Shown: piece by piece, positions 1 to 12,205 of the stretch
How the letters are laid out: each line of letters begins with the position of its first letter
How positions within the stretch are numbered: the stretch's first letter is position 1
Made by a program: the position numbers and the translations under genes
Origin: Chiloscyllium plagiosum
Lineage: Eukaryota
Assembly: GCF_004010195.1 (NCBI RefSeq)
Contig: NC_057719.1
Coordinates: forward strand, 62,258,796-62,322,795
DNA length: 64,000 nt
Reading direction: 5' to 3'
The notes under the pieces: model-generated
The model's database searches: none
Seen by the model: the letters and a program-made list of their open reading frames with translations, nothing else
Told to the model about the DNA's origin: nothing

Positions 1-165
1 CACAGCAGTTCAGACAGCATCCAAGGAGCTTCGAAATCGATGTTTCGGGCAAAAGCCCTTCATCGGGAATTCCTGATGAGGTGCTTTTGCCCGAAACATC
101 GATTTCAAAGCTCCTTGGATGCTGCCTGAACTGCTGTGCTCTTCCAGCACCACTAATCCAGAATG
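1..165. mobile_element. Palindromic (head-to-head) Penelope-like terminal-repeat element with hammerhead-like cores, truncated by the window start
   Basis: Position i pairs with 139-i over 1-138 (about 5 mismatches/wobbles), centred on GAATTC. The right arm reads ctgatga-ggtgc-tttt-gccc-gaaac...ggatgctgcctgaactgctgtgctcttccagca, the same tail as at 36020-36095. Confidence 0.8.
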
Positions 166-789
166 TTGTCCTGTAACTATCAATCTGGGACAATGTAAAT
201 CTGTATATTAAGGACTTCCATCTCACTCATGAGGCTTCAGGCCAATCCATGTCCAACAATCTGCTTTGAAGAATCTGCACACTTACCTATAGATGTGACA
301 AATTTCCTGACAGCAGCTGAGACAATCCACAACAAGCAACAGTGCGCAAAATGCAACAGCACATGACATTTTTAAAAACAGATGGTTAATTTACCTCCTC
401 TCCCAATGTTTTAAAAACTTTTACATAGTTCCCAAGATTTGATCCACATTTTTAGCAATGAACAATCTTATACGTACTTATTCCATATAATGAACTGAGT
501 TTTGTTGAAATCTGTTGATTAGTTTTTGAGATACATTATCAAAACTTACACAGTTAGACCAGCAAATGAGAGAGAAAACATCTGTTATTAAAGCAAAACC
601 ACAAAGTCATCTGTTCAAGCCACATCTGTGGTGGCACGTTACTTGTATATGGAAGTCGAAAGTCGAATCTGTTCATAACCTTGATGTCATATTTAGATGA
701 AGATGGGCCTCCAGCCTCATATGTACCAACACTAAAACTAGTTCCACTTCTGTATCATCACTTAACTTTGCCCCCATCTTAGCTTATCT

Positions 790-1300
790 GGTGAAGCATT
801 CACCCCTAACTTTGGTTCCCTGTAGATTTGACTATTCCAACAGATTCTTGCTTTACACCTAACATTCTACCCTCTGTCCATTTTGAGGTAATCCAACAGT
901 CTGCCTCTGCCTTAAATTGCAGCATGTCCCATTTCTTCTTCATCCCATAGCTCAGTTGCATTGACTCTTGTTCAAGTAATGTCTTAAAGATCTTAACCTT
1001 GATTTAAATCTCACTTTGGCCTTACCCCTTCTCCCTTTTTTGGTCGTCATCTCCAACTCTACAAATATAGACATCTGTGCCCTCTAATTCTGGTGTCTTG
1101 TACAATATCAATTATTATCATTCCACCATTGGTGGCTTTGCTCAAAGCTCTAGAATTTGCTCCCTATATGTTTCTGCCTCTCTACCTTATTTTTCTCCTT
1201 TTTGAGACCTTCTTTGAAACCTCCCTCTTTGATCATGCCCTTAGCTATCTGACCTAACACCACCATTTATGGTTCAGGGTCATGCTTTGCTTTATAATGC
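790..1300 (+). mobile_element. Highly decayed L2-like LINE 3' fragment
   Basis: Motifs such as ccaccattggtggc...ctctagaatttgctcccta...ccttctttgaaacctccctctttgatcatgcc resemble the 3' region at 42500-42700 and recalled L2 ends. Confidence 0.4.
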
Positions 1301-1829
1301 TTATGGTAAGAATCTTGGGATTTTGTGTTGTGTATCACAACACAGTGTGTCAACAACATGACAGGATGCTGAATATGAAAATACACCAGCATGAAGTGAT
1401 CACCGGTGTGGCTGTTGTCCTGAGTCAGAGATAACAATGTTGGTTGTACAATGAGATGACTGACCAATGGCCACATTCCCAAAGGCATGCCCGCTGCTGA
1501 TCTTGCTATTGGCATGAAACAAGTTGCCCACTTCTGCAATAGAACAATGTCGAGACATGATAACTTCTCAACGTTTGTCCCAGTCAAGCTCATTGAAGGT
1601 CATTGTTGCTCACCAGTACTTGACAGAAGAAGAAATAACTCATCAAATGGCATAAAGTGCAGGCTACCACAATGAAAAATCATTCGGCAGCTTCAGGTCC
1701 ATACTGTTCATCTATACCATTTGCAGAAGGGACTACCTATCATGAATCTTTTTTGTTAAATAGCCACAACAATGGCCAAGCCCTTAGTGACCTACACGTG
1801 GCAATCTGTCACCTCCCAAGTTATTGTAT

Positions 1830-2230
1830 GTTCAATAATGTTTTAAAGCACTTTTTTCCAAATCCAAATATATTCCATCTATTGGTTCTCCTTTAAACAT
1901 CTTGCTTGTGACATCTTCAAAGAATTTAAGACATTTGTCAGACACAATTTCCCTTCATGAAGCGATGCTGATCATGCTTGATTTTATAAAGTATTTTGAA
2001 ATGCCTTACCATTACATCCTTTATAATCAATTCAAACATTCTCCCAATGACAGACATTTACCCAACTGGCCTAATTTTTTTTTTGTTTCCCTACCTTTTT
2101 TAAATAAGCATGTTACGTTGGTAGTTTTCAATCCTTTGGGACGTTTCTCAAAATAAAGGATTCTTGGAAGATATAAGTAAGTCTGAACAGTAGCAAAAAA
2201 TGAATTTGAAGCCAGGTTGGTGATCATTCA
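1830..2230 (-). mobile_element. Decayed CR1-like LINE RT fragment
   Basis: Resembles the reverse-strand CR1 RT region at 53200-53520 (ccaaatata...ccatctattggttctcc, cccttcatgaagcgatgctga). Confidence 0.4.
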
Positions 2231-2844
2231 TGCCAAGGTTTCGGTCTGTGCCACTCTGTAATTGTCACATGAAATGAAAATGGCCATGACTCGCATTCTA
2301 CCTGCTGTGAATGGAACAAGACCTTTTCTCACTGCCTGTCCTGATGGCCCACAGAGATCAGGAGTTTGCTTTCTGTCATGATTCATACTCTTTCAGGCCG
2401 AGCATCTGTTCACCAGCAACATGACAGTCTGTCTGAGCTCTTGACATTGGTGTCTGTATTATGGTTCCCTGTTCCCTACAGTGAGTGTAAGGGAATAATG
2501 GAGGATTTTGTGAAGCCATCAGAGTCGCGTGAGAGTTGACATCTTCATGTTAAGAAGTTCTGTGTTCTCCCCTAATGTGTAATGTGAGCAAAGAGAAATC
2601 AGGAGACACGAAACACTGCTTTGTGTGGCTCGAGTAGGATAACAGTAGTACTGTTGATAATTTTGTAACCATATTAAAATCCACCTGTAAGATGAAACAT
2701 AAGATATGCCCTCAATTGAAAATAAATTTAAAATATTGAGTATTGACGAAGTTCTGAACTCTTCACCCATTCTCTAAAAACAACCTCAGTCTCCTATTTT
2801 TGGTCAATCTATCAAATTTATATTTTCATGGCTCGACTACCACG

Positions 2845-3280
2845 AGCTTGGCTGGTAGTGTCTCAGAAAACACAGACTTCCACTATAAATCCTGCCAGTC
2901 CCCTAGTCATAAGGTCATTGGTTCAAGCTCCATTCCAGAGACTTGAACACGGAATCTAGGCTGACACTTCAGCTCTGCTCTGCCAGACATGACATCTTTT
3001 GGATGAGATGTCAACTCAGATCCCATCTGCTCTCTCAGGTGGAAATAAGAGATTTCAGGTTGCTATTTTGAAGTCGAGTACTGAGTTTTCCTTTGTGCCT
3101 GGCCATTATTGACCTTGCAATTATCTTTATAAAAACTGATTCTCTGCCTGTTGTGGGATCTTTCTATAAAAGAATTGGCTCCTTTACTTCCAACATCATA
3201 GCAGTGACCACGGACAGAAGTGTAATGCGCTTTGATTTATCCTGAGATTATGAACGATACTATATAAATGCTTTTTTTCT
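2845..3280 (+). mobile_element. Deu-domain SINE (SacSINE1/AmnSINE-related), decayed
   Basis: tRNA-like head with B-box-like ggttcaagctcc; central tctttt-ggatgagatg...catctgctctctcaggtgga matches the recalled Deu domain; LINE-like tail ends ctatataaatgc. Confidence 0.6.
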
Positions 3281-3688
3281 GGACACATTTCAACCCACCT
3301 GCCACTGAAAACCCTCATCCTCGATTGAATCATCTCGAGACTTGATGCTTCTTTTCCAGGTTGAATTATAAAGGCTTATCAGGAAAATAAAAACCAGAGA
3401 GAATTGTGATCACTTTCTTACTATCCTTTCCTCAGGTTACACTTCAGTGTTTGATTAAGTTTTATTTGCTGAAATGCAGGAGAGAAATTCCAATCCTGGG
3501 ACAACAGAAGGACCCCAAATATGTTGAATTGTAAAAAAGGTTCTGAAGTGAAGATCAGAGAAATGTGGTAATTTTAGTTCCAAAATGAGGCATTGAGAAG
3601 CAAATTGAGATAGCTGCACAAGATAGCTCGGGGAATGAAAGACAGAAATCTTGAATACAATTTGAAATTAAATTGGAAGGAAGTCAAG

Positions 3689-4083
3689 GTAATGCAAGTT
3701 CAGTCGAAGAGAGGGGGGGGGTATTGCTCGCATACAGTGGTTGTTGAGTCGATGGAATGGTGAAAGGAAAAACCTGGAATATTTGAGAACCAGCCAGATG
3801 TTGAAATGGGGAGGAAACTAGGGATATCCCAAGAGGTGGAGTTACAATGAGCTTGATGACTTTGTCCATCTGTCGTTGACATGATGTAATGCAAGTTCAG
3901 TCGAAGAGAGGAGGGGGGGTATTGTTCGCATACAGTGGTTGTTGAGTCGATGGAATGGTGAAAGGAAAAACCTGGAATCTTTGAGAACCAGCCAGATGTT
4001 GAAATGGGGAGGAAACTAGGGATATCCCAAGAGGTGGAGTTACAATGAGCTTGATGACTTTGTCCATCTGTCGTTGACATGAT
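3689..4083. repeat. Tandem duplication, 2 x ~197-198 bp
   Basis: 3689-3885 and 3886-4083 are identical apart from the G-tract and two substitutions (ctcg/ttcg; aatattt/aatcttt). Confidence 0.95.
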
Positions 4084-4349
4084 TGCAAGTGTCAGGAAGT
4101 TGTGTTGAATTGAGCAAAATTAAAACTTAAAATGGAATGCATTGAAAGTGAGACCCTATACTGTCTTTGTGCATTTGACTAATAATGCAGAAGACAGAGC
4201 ATCATAGTTCTCTGTACAGTGAAAACTGAATTTCTCAATGAGATGCTTGACTTTGCAAAGAATAATCCTGATCATGGTCCCACTCTCTCTGTTAACATGT
4301 CTGTCGTCATTGGCTTTCCAGCTGTCTCTGGCTGTAGGCCCAGGCTTGG

Positions 4350-4940
4350 TTTTTAAATTCAACTTCAAATTGCTCTGGGTTATTAGCTGCACAGGGCAGT
4401 GGTAAGTTTGCACCTGGAGTACGTGAAGAATTTTGTTCTCCTTAGTTAAATGGGGAGATACTTGCATTGGAAGCAGAATGCTCGTTGTTGATAGATTCCT
4501 GGGATAAAGGCATCCTCTTTGGAGGAAAGGTTGAGCATATTAGAACTCTACTCCTTGGCATTTACAAGATGAGAGCTGATTGAATGGAAACATAAGATCC
4601 TGATGGGGTTTGACCGGGAAGATGCTGAGTTGTGTTTCCTCTTGTGGAGGAATCAAGAAATAGAGGGCAGAGTAAAAGAAAAATGCGAGGCTCCCACTTG
4701 CGAGGCATAACTTGTTGGTGTCATTGGTCTTTAGAATTCTTTATCAAAGCAAGCAGTGGAGGTTGGGTCATTGAATATATCCATAACTTGGTCAGATGGA
4801 TTTGCTTTGACTGGTAAGGCAGTCAAAGGTTATGTGGAGGGACAAACAGGCAAATAGAGTTAAGGCCACATCTGCTCTTCCATGAGCTTACCAACTGGCA
4901 GAACAGTCTTGATGACAAAGTGACTTACTGCTCCTATTAT
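4350..4940 (+). mobile_element. Decayed CR1 LINE 3' fragment
   Basis: cacctggagtac..., ttagaactctactccttgg...gagagctgattgaatggaaacataagatcc and a CR1-type 3' UTR. Confidence 0.7.
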
Positions 4941-7099
4941 GAGCCCAACAATGAGTAATGAAATGAGTGCCAATCATAAACTGATCATCGTGTAAATACA
5001 AAAGTGGATGCGAAACAGCAAATGGCAATTGAATAGTATGATGGATTTAATTCCCAAAGTGGCATTTCAAATTGTGAGTATATAAGCAGAATTAATTATG
5101 ATTCTTTCATCTGAGTACTGTTACGTGGAAGGGATGTGATAACTGAAATCATAAATCTTTGCAAGTACGCTAATTCACATTTGGCACTTAATTAATTATC
5201 TTGATCAGAGTGAGCAATCCCTATGGAAGTCAATCATCAGGGTTATCGTACCTGCCTGTTGAAAGTTTTATAATCTGTTTTGTTCCAGCGACATGTCTGA
5301 ACATCCCAATGCAAATTCTAAAGAAACTCATTTGGAATATAATTGAAACTGAGACCGGTTGGCTAACAATCTGCATCAGTCAGTTCCTCCATACAGATTC
5401 CAGTTGCGGATTTGTGATCAACTCAGCATCAAGGCTATCTCACATTTAGTGGGACTTGGAGATTGGAGTGATAAGTTATTTTTTGGTCTGTTTTCTAAGA
5501 GGGACCACTTGTGTATGTTTTGCAGAAGTGATTCTTTTTAAAATATCTTAAACAAAAGGGGCAAAATTAAATGCAAGAAGTGATGTCAATTCAAAGTAAA
5601 CAAATAATCAACTCTAGTTCCTTTTCACTGTTCAAATCCAACTTCCTTACTTAAAAAAATTACCCTCTTAAAATCAGGATTACAGTGCAGTTTGTGCCAC
5701 ATGGGATTGTTTGACTTATTTTGTATTTACATTTCCTGCCACCCTACTAAGTCTTGTTTTTAGCTTTTTCTTCCTTCTCACTGTATCACAGTAGGTATCA
5801 AAATTATACATTCTGAACTCTTGGGCTCCTGAAGCTACTCGAGATTGAGGACATCCATACTAAGATTGTACATTGAGGCCTTTTCCCGACTATCAAATCT
5901 CCCTGCAGATGTCAAGTTTTGACTACTGCAGGGTGTGATTGAATCCTAGCATTTTAGGAATCAGTATTTCAACAGCGTGCCACAATTCCCTACTACTATA
6001 CGGTCCCTATTTCTGCTTTAATTCCTTTGTGTTCAGCAATATTGGCTGTGAATTGTTCCTTCCATCTGGGACAATCCACAACAAAGGTCCATTTGTACTT
6101 AGTGCAATGTTTTTGTTGTCGCAAGCAAGAGGCTGTTTTGTTCCCATGCTTACCCAGAGCATCTTGCATGCAGTAGGGTGAGCATTGGTGATTGAAAATG
6201 GGGTATAATCGTCTAGGTATCGTCAAGCAATGGAACAAGAAGTTGCTTGGTTTGTCTCGTCTTAACTGGTAATGTAATGAAGTTGAGTCTCCAGATTCCT
6301 TACCATGATGTTCCTAGTTGACGTATATGTTTTTCTCAGCCACAGTTTTCAGTTTGAGGGATGATGGTTTGATTTGTAATTATAACACAGACCTTTGGAT
6401 ACTGGAGATTTGAAACACAAACTGTAAGTGCTGCTTTGTAATTAACCATAATCCTCCTAAAGGAGTAAATGTTGTCATTAATTGGTGAACTTTAAAGGAG
6501 AAAAAAAGTCTTTAAAACTTCTTGAAGGTCGATTACAAAATAGGCAGGGCCTCTTGTCTATATTTATATCTTCATCTGCGCATTTATTAATATGATATGC
6601 AAAGTTAAGAAGCATATAAAATCACCCTTTTAGAAAAAAAATGAATCGAATAAAAGACCAGTACTACATGAATTGCATGTTATGCAGCTTTATTAGCAAC
6701 CAACAACTGAAATATTTGGCTGTACTTTCTTTGTTAAATGTTGGGTTCTGCTTTATGTATTTCTGTCTTTGCCAATGTTGACTCTATGGTGGTGAATCAA
6801 GTGGATGGGGAAAAGCTCCAGTTTCATTGAAAAGTGCTAAGTGGGGTGATCTCACTGGGGTGATGTTAAAAGCACCTTGCTTGATCTCTCCTTGAAAAGA
6901 AGATAGAAATGTGAAAGTTGCATCTCTTTGAGTTCGTGGCATATCTATAAAAATCACCTGGTTTCTTGCCTTTTATTATTCCTTACCATTGGTGATAAAA
7001 CTTCAGTATTCCATTCACAATCGCACCCTGAGGCACTGCTTTTAGTGTCTTTTGAGTTCTGAGTTAGTTTCTTCTCAAATCTCTTTTAATCTTCCACAG

Positions 7100-7143
7100 G
7101 ACTGAGTCGATGTCCATTGCTTTTTGCCGTTTAACCAAAATGC
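7100..7143 (+). CDS. Candidate 44-nt internal exon of an unidentified host gene (xTESMSIAFCRLTKM)
   Basis: Strong pyrimidine tract plus cag acceptor (ctcttttaatcttccacag|G); only one open frame; retained CpGs; weak donor C|gttagt; lies in non-repetitive DNA. Confidence 0.3.
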
Positions 7144-8349
7144 GTTAGTTTGCACTTAGATAAAAGCGTGATATAGAATTCAATGTTACTATGTTTTGCC
7201 ACATCCCTTCAGTTTTGCAAATAATTAATTCTGCTTTCTATTTTGGTATCATCTGCAAGTGCGAAAAATGTCCTCTACTGCTAATGTCTTTCTAATCAGT
7301 TTGGGGTGGGGGAGAGCGTGGTGGAATATACGTTGTCCACACTTGATCTAATTCCAACCCCCTAATTTTCTCCAGAATCTTGAATGTGTCATTCTGACAG
7401 AGACTTTTCTGAAGTCTGTGGGTCTCATATTTATCATGTCAGTTGTCTCCATTTGAAATTCCGTAAAGAATGATTAACATGGTTGACCCCTTTGGGTTAA
7501 TTTATTTTTCTCATTACCTCACCGTGTGGTGAATTCATTCTTAAATTAAGACCCTCCCTTTCCCCACCTCTGATTTTGGATGACTGGCTAGGAAACATGT
7601 TGTTTGCACTGTCTTCTTTTTAATATCTGGCCCCTGTTGTGATGAGATGTATGTTCACTTGTAAGGGGGCATATCTTAAACTATTATCCATCACTACCAT
7701 TTCTAAAGTCAGTTCTGAAGATAAGTCACATTTGGCTTTGTTAACTCTGATATTTTTCCCTTTGTTTAAGACTGGTGCAGAGAACTTATTTGTTGTTTCT
7801 TTCTTTTATCTCATTTACCTTCAGTTTCTTCTTCATAATTATTTTATTGTTGGCTTTGCAGACCTTGTTCAGTTCTAATTTGGTTCTAACACGAATATTA
7901 ATAATTGCCTTTAGTTAGCTCTTCAAGTGAAATGAATTAATTTGTGTGTTGCTACTCTTTGTCAATAGGGTTCCATTGTTACTCCACAGTCCCACCTGAC
8001 AACTGTTCCTTCCACTTCATGACAACACGATCACTCCCCAACGTCACAAATCATCATTCAGTGATGTCTCCTAGTTTCTATACTTGCTTCATCCACTTCT
8101 AGTCATCAAAAAAAAAACTGCTATGGTCAGCTCCTGCTGAGTCAGACATTACTATTTCTGCTGTTTCTAATTAATCCTGGAATTGATCCTTGGTGATGAA
8201 TGAGTTTAAAATGACCAACGATAAATGTGAAGATTTTCAGCTCGTAGAGTACTCCCTGTGTTAGGGATTAATGCTGCACTTCAAGACAAATGTGTCTTTT
8301 TTTATTATTACTGTACCAGTCTCTCATTTTCTGTACAATTTTGATCATC

Positions 8350-8860
8350 TTGTGTGTAGTTTTGGACCCCTTCATTGAAGATGGGTGTTTGGACTATGGA
8401 GGGGTGCAATGAGATTTATGGGCCTGATTCCCGGGATGGCGGGACTTATGGATGAAGAGAGACTGGATTGATTAGGACTATATTAACTGCAATTTAGAAG
8501 AATGAGCGGGACCTTGGAGAAATTATACAATTTTAACAGGGCTAGACATGGTCAATGCAGGAAGAATGTTCATGATGACCAGGGATCACAGTCTAAGGAT
8601 ACATGGTAGTCCATTTAAGACTGAAATGATGAGACATTTTTACACTCTGAATGGTGAGCCTGTAGAATTTGCTGTCACAAGAAGTGATTGAGGTCAAAGC
8701 ATTGAATATTTTCAAAGAGTTAGACAAAGCTATTGGCTAAAGGGCTTAAAGGAGAACAAGCAGGAACAGTGTAATGTGTTGGATGATCAGCCATTATCAC
8801 GTTGAGTGCTGGGACAGGTTTGGAGGGCCAAATGACCTATTTTTAATGTTTCCATGTTTG
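8350..8860 (+). mobile_element. Decayed CR1 LINE 3' fragment
   Basis: tgtgtgtagttttggacccc...ctgattcccgggatggcggga...tttagaagaatgagcgggacc...ggatgatcagccat, typical of the CR1 C-terminus and 3' UTR. Confidence 0.75.
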
Positions 8861-9109
8861 TCACATTGAACAAAGTTAGTTGGAGAGCCTTTAGCATTTT
8901 ACGCAGTCCCTAATACCTTCTGAAAGTGTTGTTTATTTCTCTGCCTATCCTCTCTGCTGCTTCTCCCCATTTCTTCCTGTATCCCCTGCCCTTTTATTTG
9001 GGAAGTGTTTATTGTACAGGATTGTAAGGTGCTCGCTGCCAGTTCCATCATATCGCCAAATGTTTGTCAGTGTTAGAAATCCTTCTTAAGAGAAACAGGA
9101 ACAGCTTCG

Positions 9110-9580
9110 GAATTGAGAGCAGGGAGAGGCTCACAGGTTCATGTTTAAATTCCCACCTGCTCTTGAGATTTATAACAATCTCCGAGTAGGTTGATTTGAA
9201 AATATCAAGGCTCACGTTGCAGTGGTAGTGTCCCTATGTGTGGGCCAGGAGGGTTGGACTAGAGTCTCACCTGCTCCAGTTGTGTCACAATGTCTTTGAT
9301 CATGTGGATTTAAAAGGAAAGGTGTCCTTGCCTCGGGGCTTGAAGGTTTCTGCGCTGCCCTGATTTGTGTAATGAGATTTCTGAACAGTTGATTTAAAAG
9401 TATTATGATCCCACTGAATGGTAACAGAACAGGCTCGAGGACCTGAATATCTTTGTTTTGAAAGTAAAGGGGGCTATTGTGGTGCAGTGGTGTTTTAACT
9501 CTTGGTCAGGAAGCCTCAGTCCAAGTCCTTTCTGCGCCAGGCATGTCATAATATGTCTGGAAAAATTGACTGGAAAAAGA
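9110..9580 (+). repeat. Cluster of four diverged ~90-110-bp copies of a short tRNA-like SINE
   Basis: Recurring gcagtggtagtgtccct...cccacctgctcc...tgtgtcacaa...gttgatttgaaaa blocks at about 9110-9206, 9208-9315, 9320-9404 and 9468-9580. Confidence 0.6.
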
Positions 9581-9864
9581 AAGAGTTGAGTTCACCATCC
9601 ACCCTACTCTCAACTCCATCTTTATTTAGTCCCCTCCCTCTCTTCCTACCCCTCCCTAGTTTGCTGATATTCCACTGGTAGGCAGTTACTTGTCAGTGTT
9701 AAATCTTCAGTTTGTCAAACAAGTGATTTGGTGGTAGGTTATTTTTTTAAAAAATGTAGCTGAATTTGCATTGCATGATCCCTGGTGGTGGGTAGAGTTT
9801 GTTAATCATTCCCGTTTACTTCGTTTAATTAGTTAGTTTGGTTGGTCACAAAACAGAAGAGTGG

Positions 9865-10135
9865 AGTTCTTGGGGGATGGACTGCCTGTCTTGCATTAGC
9901 TACGTCTACGCCCATGTGTCCTTGATGAGGGAGCATGCAGTGTCCAGTGGTACCCTCAAAGTTTTCCGAGAGAGATGGGCTGCATGGGCTGGACTGTCCT
10001 CCAATTTATCCTCTACTTTGATTTAGACCTTCTTCCTTGTTCACCCCTTCTTTTTTGTTGTTGTCTTCTGGGCATTGTTTATAATTTAACTAATTGGATA
10101 ATTGTTGAATTGAAAGCCTGTTAATATTTTTGGAA
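9865..10135 (+). mobile_element. Tx1-like (L1 clade) non-LTR retrotransposon 3' fragment
   Basis: ORF 9838-10026 gives DCLSCISYVYAHVSLMREHAVSSGTLKVFRERWA, resembling the recalled Tx1 ORF2 C-terminus; followed by a T-rich 3' UTR. Confidence 0.55.
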
Positions 10136-11569
10136 AGAAAGGAGATGGGCTCTTCCCTAGTAGAGCAGGCTTCATAGGATGGGGTCAAAGTCCAGCAGGG
10201 AAGTGTGGAAACTGGTGTGTGCGCTAAATTATAGATTCAGAATAAAACCCTTCTCTGAAAGTCTTTCATTGCCAAATTCAGTGCATAGATATCAGTTAGT
10301 TAAATGATGTTGAGAAACTAAAGAGATATGAGGGAAAAGCTGAAAGGCTTTGGTACCTTATGGCAGTACATTAAAGCCAGCCATGATGTTTCATGTTTGC
10401 TGACTGAAATTGCATCTCTGTGGATAGGATTAATCTTGTTGTTGAATTTAGCCACTCAAGTTTTTTTTTTGCTTTCATTTGTGGTGGATGTTGTTTCAGT
10501 ATAGGTTTTTCAGTTCGTACACAGGCATAAGCCAAACTTGGAAGTTGCTGATAAACAATGGTTATTAATAATCCATGCCTGATGGTAAGGCAATAGAGTA
10601 TCCAGTTCTGACCTCTGCTTCGAATGCTATTAAATGACTGCTGAACTCAGGGGGTAATCCACATATTTTTTATATCTTGCATTGAAACACATGAGCTCAA
10701 TGATTTTATTTCACTGGTTAGATGCTTGCTGCCATGTTTTGCGAGTTTCAATGTCGACAGCAATCCTGCTTGCTGTTGATGACCCTCTAACTTTGCGAAA
10801 TAAGGAAAAATAACTGCAAAGAAACAGTTTTTCCCTATTTTTCTTTCAATTATATTTTCAAGCTCCGTAATCTCAGCAAGTTTAAACTTGGAAAGCTTAA
10901 TCAAATGGAGCAATGCTAAGTGTGCTGCTATGGAAACTAATCATTAGTATTAACAGCTAGCAAATTGCAATCTCTACACTACGAGTTCCTTCGTTCTGTA
11001 TTAAGTTCCATTGTGGGACTAGGAAAGAATGATTTAAGTAAATGTAATCAAGTGATGAAATCACTCACTACAGGTATAGAAACAGCAGGGGAAGGTGCTA
11101 AATATTGGGCACGTTTATTTATAAATTACTTGATGGCGATGCTTCCCTGAAGGAATCTGCTTGTATGTAAGTCAAGAAAACCCAAAAAGAAAAGAAATTG
11201 TTAATAGCAGATTTTAACTGGCTGATTAGGAGCAACATTGCAGTTGAAATTAGAAATAAATACATTTATTAGATGTTTTCAAACAGGATGCTGTTAACTC
11301 AGTCAAAGAGAGAATGATTGATTTGGTGATCAGGTATTCTAAATAGCTGGTAATGGTTGATGAGCAGCTGCTTTGAAGTTGGTAACTGTAGTAAGGGGGA
11401 TTTTTCAGAATAGTGCTAATATCAGTGACTTGTCAATTCATTTTGGGAATGGGGGAAGAGTATATTCAAATTCACAGCTGATGACAATGGTCTGGCTTAT
11501 GGGCATTGCAAGGAAAGCCCTGAACTGCTAAAGGAATTATCTTTAAGAAAATGACCAGAAGAATAGATA

Positions 11570-11720
11570 CATGGAAAATAGGAGCAAGAAATGTCTTTGT
11601 CAGGCCATTAATGCTTTACCATTCAATATAAACATGGTTAGTCCATGATCTCAGTGCCAAGCTCCCGCTCTCCCCATACTCCTTGATGCCTTTAGTGTTT
11701 AGAAAGCTATCTGTTTCTTT
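11570..11720 (-). mobile_element. CR1 3' UTR fragment
   Basis: aataggagca...ggccatt...ccattcaata...catgg...cccgctctccccatactccttgatgccttta, the reverse of a CR1 tail. Confidence 0.5.
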
Positions 11721-12120
11721 CTTGACTCTGTTCTTGGACGCTGGCAGGTATAAAGCTTGGATCCAGTTTGAATCTGTTTTAGAGCCCATTTTCAGTGCTG
11801 GGCTATCAACCTGTGACCTCCATAGAACGATGGTAAATGATTCTTTGCTCTCTTCAGGATTTGACTGAATCATTACTGTGTGACCTTAAGTCGTTGGGAT
11901 TACAATCACTCTGAGTAGAGTATTGCCCTGCTTAGAGCATGTTAGGTAGATGGTCATAGTCAGAATGTTGAGAGGCTGTACAAAATAATAGGTACATTGC
12001 TAAAGAGTGCAGGAGCAAATTTACTCTGTGTGTATATCAGCATAAAGCATTGAAGATGACAGGGTGGGCTGAGACACTTTTTAATAAGCACACAGAATTG
12101 TAGGCTTTATAGACTGGGTC

Positions 12121-12205
12121 AAAGGGTGTGGTACAGGAAAAGCACAGCTGGTCAGGCAAAATCCAAGGAGCAGGAGAATTGTGTTTTGGGCATAAGTCCT
12201 TCAGG
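12121..12205 (-). mobile_element. Penelope terminal-repeat fragment with degenerate hammerhead
   Basis: ggaaaagcacagctggtcaggcaaaatccaaggagcaggagaatt...ttttgggcataagtccttcagg is the reverse complement of the 36020-36095 tail. Confidence 0.7.

Noticed and set aside
3684..4088. ORFs with an internal protein repeat
   Set aside because: Simply reflect the 197/198-bp DNA duplication; no recognisable domain.
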